Of a stretch of 64,000 nucleotides of DNA, positions 19,700 through 29,896 are shown one piece after another. Each line of letters begins with the position of its first letter. Positions within the stretch are counted from its first letter, which is position 1. The stretch covers positions 192,001-256,000 of the forward strand of contig CBDDBZ010000039.1 in assembly GCA_965225945.1 (NCBI GenBank). The letters run 5' to 3'. The DNA is from Alphaproteobacteria bacterium (GTDB lineage Bacteria; Pseudomonadota; Alphaproteobacteria; GCA-2731375). The notes below the pieces were generated by a model. The model was not told where the DNA came from, did not search any database, and was given only the letters and a program-made list of their open reading frames with translations. Made by a program: the position numbers and the translations under genes.

Positions 19700-20401
19700 C
19701 TACTCGGCCGCCTGGCCCACCGCCTCGAACAGGCTGCCTGCGTGGAAGCCGCGGCGCTGCAGGTTGGCGACGAACTCGTCCTCGAAGTTGGCCGGGACCG
19801 AGCCGGTCACCAACGGGTTCGCCAGCAACGCGTCCGACCAGGCCTGGAGCCGCGGAAAGTCACGCAACAGACCGGTCTGGAGCTTGGCCTCGACGAAGGC
19901 GAAACGTTGCAGGAAGGGCGCGTAGGCGGCGTCGACGAGGCTGAGCCGGTCGTCGTTGAAGTAGGGGCCGTCGCCCTCGCGCTCGGTGCCGAGCGCCTCC
20001 TCCAGCTTGGTCAGCCGGGCCGGCGCCTTGGCCAGGCCGGCCTCCGTCTCCTCGGGCGTCTCGGCGTAGTAGACACCGCTGAGCGCCGGCGAGAAGTCCG
20101 GCACGAAATCGGTCCAGGCCCGGTTGCGGGCCCGCTTGAACGGGTCCTCCGGGTGCAGCCTCGGCGCCACGACCTCGTCGAGATACTCGGCGATGGCGTT
20201 GGATTCGAACAGCGTCCGGCCGTCGACGTTCAGCACCGGCACCTTGCCGTGCGGGGAGATCTCCAGGAACCACTCGGGCTTTTCCCGGAGATTGATGTAG
20301 GTCACCTCGAACTCGATATCCTTGGCACGCAACACGATCACGGCGCGCTGGACCCAGGGTCAGGTGACGGAGCTGATCAGGTGATATTTGGTCATGGTCA
20401 T
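19700..20401 (-). CDS. Glutathione S-transferase (Cys-type), probable selenoprotein with in-frame TGA at 20360-20362
   Basis: MTMTKYHLISSVT(TGA)PWVQRAVIVL... where homologs have CPWVQR/CPYVQR; ISPHGKVP, FESNAI; hairpin at 20330-20350. Confidence 0.82.
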
Positions 20402-20496
20402 GTCCTCGGCTAGCCCGCCGACGGGCGGGCGAGACGAGCATAAGCCCCGTTGCGCGCGTGGTCAAAACGCCTTGGCGCTGGCCCTCGGCGCCGGCC

Positions 20497-21548
20497 TCAG
20501 CGCAGCATCATGGTCGGCAGCCAGAGGCTGATTTTGGGGAAAGCGATCAAAACCCCGAGGGTGAAAACGTCCATCAACAGGAACCACAAGATGCCCTTGA
20601 AGATCGTCTCCAGCGAAATGGCGTCGCCGACGACTCCCTTGAGGATGAAGCAGTTCAACCCGACCGGCGGCGTGATCAGGCCGATCTCGAGGAACTTGAT
20701 CATGATGACGCCGAACCAGACCAAGTCGTAGCCCAGGTTCTGGATCACCGGCGTCACCACCGGCAGAGTCAGCAGCATCATGCCCAGGGGGTCCATGAAG
20801 GTGCCGAGGATGATGAAGACCAGCGACAGCATGAGCATGATCATGATCGGCGGGAGGTCGAGCGTCCCCGCCCACAGGGTGACCACGTTGGCGACCCCCG
20901 TCAGGGCAATGAAACCGACGAATATCTTCGCGCCCAGCACCAGGGCGAAGATATTGGCGCACTGCCTGACGGTCTCGACCAACGCCGCCCAGGTGTTCTT
21001 CCTGTTGAGCCGTCCCGCGATGAAGCCGAGCACGAAGGCCCCCGCCGCGCCGGCGGCCGCCGCCTCGGTCGGCGTCACGATGCCGAGGTAGATACTGCCC
21101 ATGACGATCAGGAACAGCACGATGATCGACCACGTGCCCTTCAGCGCTATGAAGCGGTCGATCCATTGCACCGACTCCGCCCTGGTCCCGATTTCGGGGT
21201 TGAGCCGCGCCCTTACATAGATCATGCCCATGTAGATGGCGGCCGACAGGACTCCGAGAATGAAGCCGGCCAGGAGCAGCTGGCCGATCGATTCCTCCGT
21301 GAAGATACCGTAGAGGATCATCAGGATCGAGGGTGGGATCAGCGAGCCCAACGTGCCGCTCGCGGCAACGACTCCGGCGGCGAGGCCCTTGTCGTAATCG
21401 TAGCGCAGCATCTCCGGCACGGCGAGCTTGCCCATCGCCGCGGCGGTCGCCAGGCTCGACCCGCTGACCGCGGCGAACATGGCGCAGCCCGCGACCGAGG
21501 CCATCGCGAGACCCCCGTAAAGGCGGGAGAGCCAGACCCGGGCGGCCC
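20497..21548 (-). pseudogene. TRAP transporter large permease (DctM), 5' end deleted
   Basis: FAAVSGSSLATAA, GTLGSLIPPS, TPTEAA, GLITPPVG; similarity ends at AARVWLSRL with no start, DctQ or DctP. Confidence 0.8.
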
Positions 21549-21690
21549 GCCCGCCTCCTCCCCTCGCGGCGAAGGTCCCGACGCCGAGCCACGCTTCCCC
21601 GATCGAAGCGGCAGCTCGACTGGATGGCGCCGGTGTTCGGCGCTAGTATCGCGGTTCCACCGGCCGAATGGCTGCGGCGGAGGGCTGGAG

Positions 21691-22563
21691 ATGTTTTCGA
21701 GCGAACGGTTGGCGGGCAATTTCGGCGTCGCGATCCGTGGCCTCGACGCGGCTCGGGCCTTCGACGACGCGACCATGCGGGCGCTGACCGAGGCGCTCTA
21801 CGCCCATCGCATCATCGTCTTGAAGGCACAAATTTTCGACCAGGATAATTACCTCGTCTTCGGCAAACGTTGGGGCACGCCCATTCCCCATGTGCTGGAT
21901 CACATGCGGATGCCGGGCTATCCGGACCTGCTGGTGGTCGGCAACACCGAGCAGAAGGATCGCGACGTCGCGATCCGCAACGGCGCCGCGCTCTGGCACA
22001 CCGACCAGTCCTACGAGGCGGTGCCGGCGAGCGCCACCATGCTCTATTCAATTCAGGCGCCGGCGCTGGGCGGCGAGACGCGCTTTTGCGACATGGTGGC
22101 CGCCTACGAGGGCCTGGACGAGGCGACAAGAGCGCGCATCGACGATCTGGAGATGGCCCATTCCTACGGCGCCGGGACCCGGCGCGAGGGTGAGTTCGCG
22201 GCCAACCCGATCGTCGACGACGCGCAGCGTTCGCGCGTGCCGGTGATCCATCATGCCCTGGTGCGGCGCCACCCGATCAGCGGCCACAAGGCGCTCTACG
22301 CGCTGGGCCACGGGGCGCACGCCATCAAGGGCATGGCGCGGGGCGAGGCGGAACGCCTGATCGAGGAACTGAGGGATCACGTGCTCCAGGACGATTACCT
22401 CCATGCCCATCGTTACGAGGTCGGCGACCTGGTGATCTGGGACACGCTCTCGACCATGCACGCGGCGGTGCCGATCGACATTGCCGAGGGCCCGGAGACG
22501 GCGCGGCTGTTGTGGCGGATCAGCGTCCGGGGCCGCCCGGACGTCTACGCCCAGGCCGCCTGA
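21691..22563 (+). CDS. TauD/TfdA family dioxygenase
   Basis: WHTDQSY, GGETRF, HALVRRHP, WDTLSTMH. Confidence 0.9.
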   Translation: MFSSERLAGNFGVAIRGLDAARAFDDATMRALTEALYAHRIIVLKAQIFDQDNYLVFGKRWGTPIPHVLDHMRMPGYPDLLVVGNTEQKDRDVAIRNGAALWHTDQSYEAVPASATMLYSIQAPALGGETRFCDMVAAYEGLDEATRARIDDLEMAHSYGAGTRREGEFAANPIVDDAQRSRVPVIHHALVRRHPISGHKALYALGHGAHAIKGMARGEAERLIEELRDHVLQDDYLHAHRYEVGDLVIWDTLSTMHAAVPIDIAEGPETARLLWRISVRGRPDVYAQAA

Positions 22564-22576
22564 GGGAGCGAGACCG

Positions 22577-23419
22577 GTGCGAATCGAACCGTTGAGCGAG
22601 GCGCTCGGCGCCGAGGTCCGTGGCTTGGACGTGAGCGAGGCGCTCGACGACGCGACCATTCGAAGCCTGCGCGCGGCGTTCCTCGACCACCATTTGCTGT
22701 GTTTCCGCGCCGAGCCGCTCTCGAGCCTGGCCTTCGCCCGTCTCGCCCGCTGCTTCGGCGAGCCCAAGCTGCAGCTCCTGCGCTATCAGCGCGACGGCGA
22801 GGTGCGCGAGGTCAACATCCTGGAGAGCACCTATCATACGCCCGATGACAAGCCGGACGATCTGAGCCAGGTCCGCCTGAGCGGCTGGCACACCGACGAT
22901 TCCTATTTCGCGACGCCGGCCAAGGCGACGATGCTGCAGGGCCTCGACATCCCCTCGCGGGGCGGCGAGACCAAGTTCGCCAACATGCACAAGGCATACG
23001 AGACGCTTGCCCCGAACCGCCGCCGCCGGCTCGACGAGTTCAGCGCGGTGCACGGCTACGACACCTCGCGGGCGCCGGGCCGGGCCAAGACCCGAACGGC
23101 GGAGGAGGCGGCGGAGACGCCCGAGGTGGTCCACCCCCTGGTCCGCACCCACGACGATACCGGGCTGAAGGCGATCTACTTCAATCCCAACCGGACCGAC
23201 CGGATCGAGGGCCTGGCTAGGGAGGAGAGCGACGCCCTGCTCGACGGGCTCTACCGGCACATGACGGAGCCGGAATTGCAGTATCGCCACGATTGGCGCG
23301 TCGGCGATATTCTACTGTGGGACAACCGCTCGCTGATTCACGCCGTCAACACCGATTTCCCGGTCGGCGAGACTCGCCGCCATCAACGCGTGCTGCTCGA
23401 GGGCGGCGCCCCCGCCTGA
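22577..23419 (+). CDS. TauD/TfdA family dioxygenase
   Basis: LGAEVRGLD, WHTDDSY, GGETKF, HPLVRTH, WDNRSLIH. Confidence 0.9.
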   Translation: MRIEPLSEALGAEVRGLDVSEALDDATIRSLRAAFLDHHLLCFRAEPLSSLAFARLARCFGEPKLQLLRYQRDGEVREVNILESTYHTPDDKPDDLSQVRLSGWHTDDSYFATPAKATMLQGLDIPSRGGETKFANMHKAYETLAPNRRRRLDEFSAVHGYDTSRAPGRAKTRTAEEAAETPEVVHPLVRTHDDTGLKAIYFNPNRTDRIEGLAREESDALLDGLYRHMTEPELQYRHDWRVGDILLWDNRSLIHAVNTDFPVGETRRHQRVLLEGGAPA

Positions 23420-23453
23420 GTGTCCGAGCCCCACGCAAGCGAGGAGAAGGCCC

Positions 23454-23855
23454 ATGTCGCTGGCCGAGAACACGGCCACGCCGGAAGGCGCCGTCACCGT
23501 CGAGCTGCTAGAGCGAATCGGTGACGCTTTCAATTCCCACGACGTCGATCGGATCATGAGCTTCTTCGCCGAGGAGTCGGTATTCGACAACGCCAAGGGA
23601 CCCGACGTCCACGGCCAGCGCTTCGCCGGCAAGGCGGCGATACGCGCCGCCTTCGACGGCCTGATGGAGCGCTGTCCCGACATCCGCTGGATCGCCGTCG
23701 ACAACCGGGTCGCGGGCGACAAGGGCTTCAGCGAGTGGCGCCGCCAATGCACCGGGGCCGACGGCCAAAGCGAGGATTGGCTCGGCCTCGACATTTTCAC
23801 CTTCCGGGATGGCCTGATCGCCCGCAAGGACAGCTATTTCAAGATCGTCGGCTAG
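23454..23855 (+). CDS. SnoaL-like / NTF2 family protein
   Basis: AFNSHDVDRIMSFF, GKAAIRAAF, DIFTFRDGLIARKDSYFK. Confidence 0.85.
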   Translation: MSLAENTATPEGAVTVELLERIGDAFNSHDVDRIMSFFAEESVFDNAKGPDVHGQRFAGKAAIRAAFDGLMERCPDIRWIAVDNRVAGDKGFSEWRRQCTGADGQSEDWLGLDIFTFRDGLIARKDSYFKIVG

Positions 23856-23952
23856 CGCCCGGTCCGCCGGTCCGCCCGAGCCTCGCGGGGGACACCGGCG
23901 GGTGCCGGGCCCGTTGCCGGCGCCGGCGTCGGCGCGCTATAGGGGAGCGATC

Positions 23953-24042
23953 GGAGGGATGGCCGAGTGGTCTAAGGCGCACGCCTGGAAAGCGTGTATA
24001 CGGGAGACCGTATCGTGGGTTCGAATCCCACTCCCTCCGCCA
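23953..24042 (+). tRNA. tRNA-Ser (anticodon GGA)
   Basis: GGAGGGA/TCCCTCC acceptor stem, D loop GAGTGGTCTAAG, anticodon loop CTGGAAA, long variable arm, GGTTCGAATCC, encoded CCA. Confidence 0.96.
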
Positions 24043-24131
24043 ACACTTAAACCATTGATTGTGGCTCGTCAAAACCCCATCTGCCGCAGAAATCATAGCG
24101 TTTCCGGCCACTGCCGACTACCGTCGTCGGC

Positions 24132-25160
24132 ATGCAAGCGACCATCATGATTCTCTCCACCACGCTGCGCGAGACCTTCCTCAGCCGCGCGTCGCTACAC
24201 CTGGAAAACCTCGCCCTCCGCCAGCAGGTGGCAATCCTGAAGCGGGAAAGGCGACGGCCGCGGCTCCAGACGCTCGACCGCTTGTTCTGGGTCATCCTTT
24301 CCCGCCTTTGGCCGCGCTGGCGCGAGGTGCTGGTGATCGTAAGGCCGGAAACCGTCATCGGCTGGCACCGGAGGGGATTTCGTGCATTCTGGACCTGGAA
24401 ATCCAGGCGCGGCAAACCAGGACGGCCTCCGGTGCCCAAGGATGTCCGCGAACTCATCCGTCGAATGTGTAGGGAGAACCCCTTGTGGGGCGCTCCTCGC
24501 ATCCACGGCGAACTCATGAAGCTGGGAATCGAGGCATCGGAGGCGACGGTATCGAGGTACATGGTGCGGCATCGGAAGCCACCGTCGCAGACGTGGCGGA
24601 CGTTCCTCGACAACCACGTCGGCGGCCTCGTCTCGGCCGATTTCTTTGTGGTGCCGACGGCCACGTTCGCCGTTCTGTTCGTCTTCATCGTGCTACGCCA
24701 CGAACGGCGGCGCATCGAGCACGTCGGTGTTACAGCACACCCGACCACAGCGTGGGTGGCGCAGCAGATCCGCGAGGTCTTTCCGTGGGACACGGCACCA
24801 CGGTATCTCATTCGTGATCGGGACGGGGCGTACGGTCAGGAGTTTCGGGCGCGGTTGAAGGCGATGGGCATCGAGGAGGTTGTGACGGCGCCGCGAAGCC
24901 CATGGCAAAATCCGTTCGTCGAAAGGGCAATCGGCTCGATCAGGCGAGATTGTCTGGACCACGTCATTGTTCTCAACGAGCGCCATCTCCGACAGATTCT
25001 TTGTTCCTACCTCGCCTACTACCACGGGTCTCGCACGCACTTGGCGCTCGGGAAGGATACGCCCGACGGACGGCCCGTCCAGTCGGCCGACGGCGGAAAG
25101 GTGGTTGCGTTTCCTCGAGTTGGAGGACTTCATCACCGGTACGAGCGCCTCGCGGCCTAA
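24132..25160 (+). mobile_element. Integrase-core (rve) transposase, IS481/IS3-like, just downstream of tRNA-Ser; right end not found
   Basis: LENLALRQQ, NPLWGAPRIHGEL, SADFF, LIRDRD, SPWQNPFVER, GGLHHRYER; candidate left end TGTGGCTCGTCAAAACCCC near 24060. Confidence 0.85.
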
Positions 25161-25374
25161 GGACCGACAACGGCATTTGCCCCAGGAGGTGCTGCTAGAA
25201 GCGAGCGGCCCGTTTCCGCTGCGCCGACACCGTTGAAAAAAAGAACACAGCGCCAACATTCAGCTTGTGCATATCGGTCGATGCGACCGTTGCAATCTTT
25301 CCGCCAGGTCCAACGACCGACACTGTCGCCCGGGTCGTTCGTCTCGGACCCACCCGCGCCGCAGACGGCGATAG

Positions 25375-26043
25375 GCATATCGAGCAAGGCCCGATCCTGG
25401 AGGCGGAGGAATCACCATCGGCGCCGTAGAAAGCCTGCAGGGCATCTCGTGGCGGGAATACGGCTTCCGTGGCCAGGCCAACCACGCCGGCACCACGGCG
25501 ATGCGGCTGCGTCGCGACGCCGGCCTCGCCGCCGCCCGGCTCTGCCTGGCCGTGCGCGAGATCGTGCTGGGCATGGCCGGCGATTCCGTCGGCACCGTCG
25601 GCGAGATCGAGCTGACGCCCGGGGTGATCAACGTGATCCCGGGCGCGGTCCGCCTCACGGTCGATCTCCGCAACACCGACGATGCGCGCCTTGGCGAGGC
25701 GGAGCGGCTGGTGGACGAGGCGGCGCGCGAGATCGTCGAGGCCGAGGCCGTGGAGTTGCAATCGCGCGAGCTGGTCCGCTTCTCCCCGGTGGTCTTCGAC
25801 GCCGCCCTGGTCGAGCGGATCGAGGCGGTGGCGGAGGCGCGCGGTTTCTCCCATCGCCGCATGGCCTCGGGCGCCGGGCACGATGCGCAGATGATGGCGC
25901 GGATCGCGCCGGCGGCGATGATCTTCGTGCCGAGCGTCGGCGGCGTCAGCCACAATCCGGCCGAGCACACCGAGGCGCGCGACCTGGAAGCCGGCGCCAA
26001 CGTGCTGCTGGACGTTCTCGTCGACCTCGCCGAGGCCTCGTAG
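25375..26043 (+). pseudogene. M20 N-carbamoyl-amino-acid / allantoate amidohydrolase, 5'-truncated and frameshifted
   Basis: HIEQGPILE, GQANHAGTT, NVIPG, SGAGHDA, SHNPAE spread over several frames; N-terminal half absent. Confidence 0.8.
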
Positions 26044-26052
26044 CGCCGGCCC

Positions 26053-29000
26053 CTACTCCGCCGCCGGGGCGACGCCGCTCATAGTCTGCCGCGCGACCAG
26101 GCGGGCGTAAAGGCCGCCCCGCGCCACGAGCTCGCCATGGGCCCCGATCTCGGCGACCCGGCCGTCGGCGAGCACCACGATTCTGTCCGCCTCCCGCACC
26201 GTCGAGAGGCGATGCGCGATCACCACCGTGGTGCGCTTCCGCATCAGATCGTCGAGGGCGCCGTGCACCGCAGCCTCGTTGATCGCGTCCAGGTGCGAAG
26301 TCGCTTCGTCCAGGATCAGGATCGGCGCGTCCTTGAGGAAGGCGCGGGCCACGGCGACGCGCTGGCGCTGCCCACCCGAAAGCTGCATCCCGCGCTCGCC
26401 GACGGCTGTGTCGATCCCTCGAGGCAGCGAGGCGACGAAATCACCGAGCGCCGCCCGCCGGATCGCCTCCTCCAGTTCGGCTTCCCCCGCCTCGGGTCGG
26501 GCCATCTGGATGTTGGCGCGCAAGCTGTCGTTGAACAGGTAAGTGTCCTGGGCGACGAGGGCGATACGCCGGCGGATCTCGTCCAGGGGAAAATCGCGCA
26601 GGTCGTGACCGTCCATCCGGACACGCCCCCGCTCGGGGTCCCAGAAGCGCATCAACAGGTGGGCCACGGTCGTCTTGCCGGCGCCCGACGGGCCCACCAG
26701 CGCTACCGTCTCTCCCGCGCCGACCGTGAAGGCAACGTCGGCCAGCGCGCGGCGGTTGGCGCCGAGGTAGGCGAAGGTCACGTCCTCCAAGGCCAGCGCC
26801 GGCGCGTCGTCCCTCGCCGCCCGGCCGACGCCGGGGCCGTCGGTGACCGGGATTTCCTCTTGCTGGATGGCGTGGATGCGCCGGGTCGAGCCGAGCGTGT
26901 CGGCGAGCTGGCGGCCGATGTTGGCGATCTCCGAGACCGGCAGGAAGGCGGCCATGGCGAGCAGCGTCAGGATCGGCAGCAGGCCGCTCTCCAGTCGGCC
27001 GGCCTGCACCAGGCTCGCGCCCGCGACCACGACGGCGAGGCCGCCGAGGCCCGTCATCACCTCCAGCACCGTCATCTGCTGGGTGAGGTCGCGGAAGAAC
27101 GGCAGCCGCACCTCGTGGAAACGCGCCGTGCTGCGGGAGAACTCCTCGCCGCGGGCCACCTCCCGCTGGAAGGCGACGATCTCGGTCAGGCCCTGCACCG
27201 TGTCGACGGCATGCGCGTTCAGCTCGCCCAGCGCCTCGCGGGCGCGCGAGCCCAGCTCGTCGACCCGCTTGCGCAGGACGAAGGGGCTGGTCGCCACCAC
27301 CGCCAGGAACGGCAGCAGCGCCAGCGCCAGCGGCCAGCCGAAGACGAACAGCGTCGCCAGCACCACGCCCGGCACCAGCACGGCAACGAAGGCCGGCGCG
27401 ATGGTGTGGGCGAAGAAGAACTCCACCGTCTCCACGTCCTGGGTCGCCGCCGCCACCAGATCGCCGGTCCGCCGGCGCAACAGATAGGCGGGCGCCAGGC
27501 GGTCCAACTGCTCGAAGAGGGCGATCCGCATCTCCGCCAACAGGCGGAAGGCCATGTCGTGGGCGATCCAGCTCTCGAACCAGTGCAACACCCCGGCGGC
27601 GGGCGCCATCACCGCCAGCGCGAGCAGCGCCGGCAGCGGATCGCCGCCGAGCTTGATCTGGTAGACGGCGAGGCCGCTCAAGGCGCCGACGGCGATGAAG
27701 GCGACGACGCGGGCGACGCCGAAGACGAAGGTGAGCGCCAGCTTGCCCTTCCAGGGGGCGGCCAGGCGCACCAGTTTCGCCAACACCTCGCCCCAGCCCA
27801 TGCCCTCGGCCCGGATGATGGCGTCGGTCGGCTCCAGCAGCGCGGCGGCGGCGGCGCCGATCACCAGATCCTCGGCCGGCGGCGGGGCCGCCTGGTCCAG
27901 GGCCGCGTCGTCCAGGGTGATCGCGCCGTCACGCGCCTGTTGGCCCATCAGGCTCCGATAGACGCCGTCCCTGGCCATCAGCTCGCCGTGCCGCCCGCTC
28001 TCGGCGACCCGGCCCTGGTCCAGCACCAAGATCCGATCGGCATCGATCACGCTGGAGAGCCGATGGGCCAGGATCAGCGTCGTTCTCTCCCGCATCAGCC
28101 GGTCGAGCGCTTGCTGGATGATCGCCTCGTTCTCGGCGTCGACGGCGGACAGCGCCTCGTCCAGCACCAGGATCGGCGCGTCGCGCAAGAGCGCCCGGGC
28201 GATGGCGACCCGCTGGCGCTGCCCGCCGGAAAGCTTCACCCCGCGCTCGCCGATCACCGTGTCGTAGCCTTGCGGCAGCGCGGCGATGAAGTCGTGCGCG
28301 TTGGCTGCGCGCGCCGCCTCGATCAATTGGGCCTCGACGGCGTCCGGGTCGCCGAAGGCCAGGTTCTCGCGCACCGTGCCGTGGAACAGATAAGTGTCCT
28401 GGTTCACCACAGCGATCAGGCGGCGAATGTCGGCCTGGCGCATCTCGCGCAGGTCCCGCCCGCCGATGGTGATGCGGCCCCGGGTCGGATCGTAGAATCG
28501 CAGCAACAGGCGGACGATCGAGGTCTTGCCGGCCCCGCTGGCGCCGACGATGCCGATGCGGGCGCCCGCCTCGACGGTGAAATCGAGGCCCGTGTGCGCC
28601 GCCTGGCGCCCGCCCGGATAGGCGAAGGTGACGTTCTCGAAGCTGATTTCCGGCGTAATCGGGGCGTCGAGCGGGCGGGCCTGGGGCGCATCGGTGATCC
28701 GAGGCTCGGCGCCGAGGATCGCCGTCACGCCTTCCGCCGCCGATTGGCCGACCATGCCCTGGTGCAGCAGCGCGCGGAGATCGCGAAGCGGGCGGAACAC
28801 CTCCGTCCCCAGCATCAAGATCACCAGCAGCACCTCGATACTCATCTCCCCCTGGCCGACCCGCCAGGCGCCGAGCGCCACCGTGGCCGCCGCGCCCAGC
28901 GCGATGCCGGCGTCGGTGATGCCGCGGGAGAGCGAGTTGGTCGCCAGCACCCACATGGTGGCGCGGAAGAGATCGCGCGCCTTGTCGGCGAGCGCCCGCG

Positions 29001-29652
29001 TCTTCTCACCGCTCTGGCCGAAGGCCTTGAGGGTGGCCAGGCCCTGCACCGCGTCGAGGAACTCGGCCGCGAAGGCGGCGTAGGCCGTCTGCCGGCGTTT
29101 GGAATTGTCGCTGTCCCAGCGGTGGAAGGCGGCGGGCGCGGTCAGGGTCAGAAGCGCGAAGGCGACCAGCACCAGCGCCGTCGGCACGTCGAGGAAGATC
29201 ATGAAGGCCAGGATCACCACCGGCGTCAGCGCGGCGACGAAGAGCTGCGGCAGGTACTGGCCGAAATAGGTCTCGAGCTGCTCCACCCCGTCGACCAGCG
29301 AGAGGATGACGTCGCCGGTCCGGGTCAGGCCGAAATGCGCCGGGCCGAGGGCGACGATCTTGGTGTAGAGCAATTCGCGCACCCGGCGCTGCACCAGGGA
29401 CGCCGTGCGGTGGGCGATCATCACCCGCCAGTGTTCCAGCAGGCCGCGGGCCACCATCACGGCGGCAATCAGCGCGATGGGCGCCAGCAGATCGGCGACG
29501 CCGGCGCCGGCGAAGACCTTGCCGATCAGCCAGCCGAGGAGCGCGAGGCGCGCGACCCCGAGGCAGGTGGCGAGCAGGCCGACCAGCACCGTGAAGGCGA
29601 TGCGCCCGCGCGCACCCGCCGTGAATCTCCAGAGCCGCGAATCGAAATACAC
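26053..29652 (-). CDS. Fused two-module ABC exporter (TMD-NBD-TMD-NBD; CydDC/IrtAB-like)
   Basis: Two Walker A motifs (GASGAGKT, GPSGAGKT), two LSGGQRQR signatures, two membrane domains. Confidence 0.9.
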   Translation of the reverse strand: MYFDSRLWRFTAGARGRIAFTVLVGLLATCLGVARLALLGWLIGKVFAGAGVADLLAPIALIAAVMVARGLLEHWRVMIAHRTASLVQRRVRELLYTKIVALGPAHFGLTRTGDVILSLVDGVEQLETYFGQYLPQLFVAALTPVVILAFMIFLDVPTALVLVAFALLTLTAPAAFHRWDSDNSKRRQTAYAAFAAEFLDAVQGLATLKAFGQSGEKTRALADKARDLFRATMWVLATNSLSRGITDAGIALGAAATVALGAWRVGQGEMSIEVLLVILMLGTEVFRPLRDLRALLHQGMVGQSAAEGVTAILGAEPRITDAPQARPLDAPITPEISFENVTFAYPGGRQAAHTGLDFTVEAGARIGIVGASGAGKTSIVRLLLRFYDPTRGRITIGGRDLREMRQADIRRLIAVVNQDTYLFHGTVRENLAFGDPDAVEAQLIEAARAANAHDFIAALPQGYDTVIGERGVKLSGGQRQRVAIARALLRDAPILVLDEALSAVDAENEAIIQQALDRLMRERTTLILAHRLSSVIDADRILVLDQGRVAESGRHGELMARDGVYRSLMGQQARDGAITLDDAALDQAAPPPAEDLVIGAAAAALLEPTDAIIRAEGMGWGEVLAKLVRLAAPWKGKLALTFVFGVARVVAFIAVGALSGLAVYQIKLGGDPLPALLALAVMAPAAGVLHWFESWIAHDMAFRLLAEMRIALFEQLDRLAPAYLLRRRTGDLVAAATQDVETVEFFFAHTIAPAFVAVLVPGVVLATLFVFGWPLALALLPFLAVVATSPFVLRKRVDELGSRAREALGELNAHAVDTVQGLTEIVAFQREVARGEEFSRSTARFHEVRLPFFRDLTQQMTVLEVMTGLGGLAVVVAGASLVQAGRLESGLLPILTLLAMAAFLPVSEIANIGRQLADTLGSTRRIHAIQQEEIPVTDGPGVGRAARDDAPALALEDVTFAYLGANRRALADVAFTVGAGETVALVGPSGAGKTTVAHLLMRFWDPERGRVRMDGHDLRDFPLDEIRRRIALVAQDTYLFNDSLRANIQMARPEAGEAELEEAIRRAALGDFVASLPRGIDTAVGERGMQLSGGQRQRVAVARAFLKDAPILILDEATSHLDAINEAAVHGALDDLMRKRTTVVIAHRLSTVREADRIVVLADGRVAEIGAHGELVARGGLYARLVARQTMSGVAPAAE

Positions 29653-29726
29653 GCCGTTTGCCTCGAGCCCCTACGCGCCGCGCGCCCTTGTCGGCGGCGC
29701 GACCGCGATTGCCTCGGGCCGGACGC

Positions 29727-29896
29727 TAGCATGGATGCGGGATGGCGGCGACCTGGCCGATCAGGATCTCGGGCGTCGAGCCCGCGAGGCCGACGGCGTT
29801 GTGATGTTCGGCCAGCCAATAGCGGTGATAGCCGAGCCCGTCGCAATGGCGGGCGAGTTCCAGGGTCTCTAGAATCGCTTCCGCCGCCGTGCCGCC
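29727..29896 (-). pseudogene. Luciferase-like (LLM) monooxygenase internal fragment
   Basis: Reverse strand reads EAILETLELARHCDGLGYHRYWLAEHHNAVGLAGSTPEILIGQVAA. Confidence 0.7.

Noticed and set aside
21548-21690. EAA-like ABC permease fragment (IEAAARLDGAG) upstream of TauD
   Set aside because: Too short and interrupted by a stop to support a call.
23953-24042. tRNA with long variable arm as tRNA-Sec supporting the selenoproteins
   Set aside because: The anticodon is GGA and the acceptor stem is a normal 7 bp, so it is tRNA-Ser; Sec machinery is not visible in this window.
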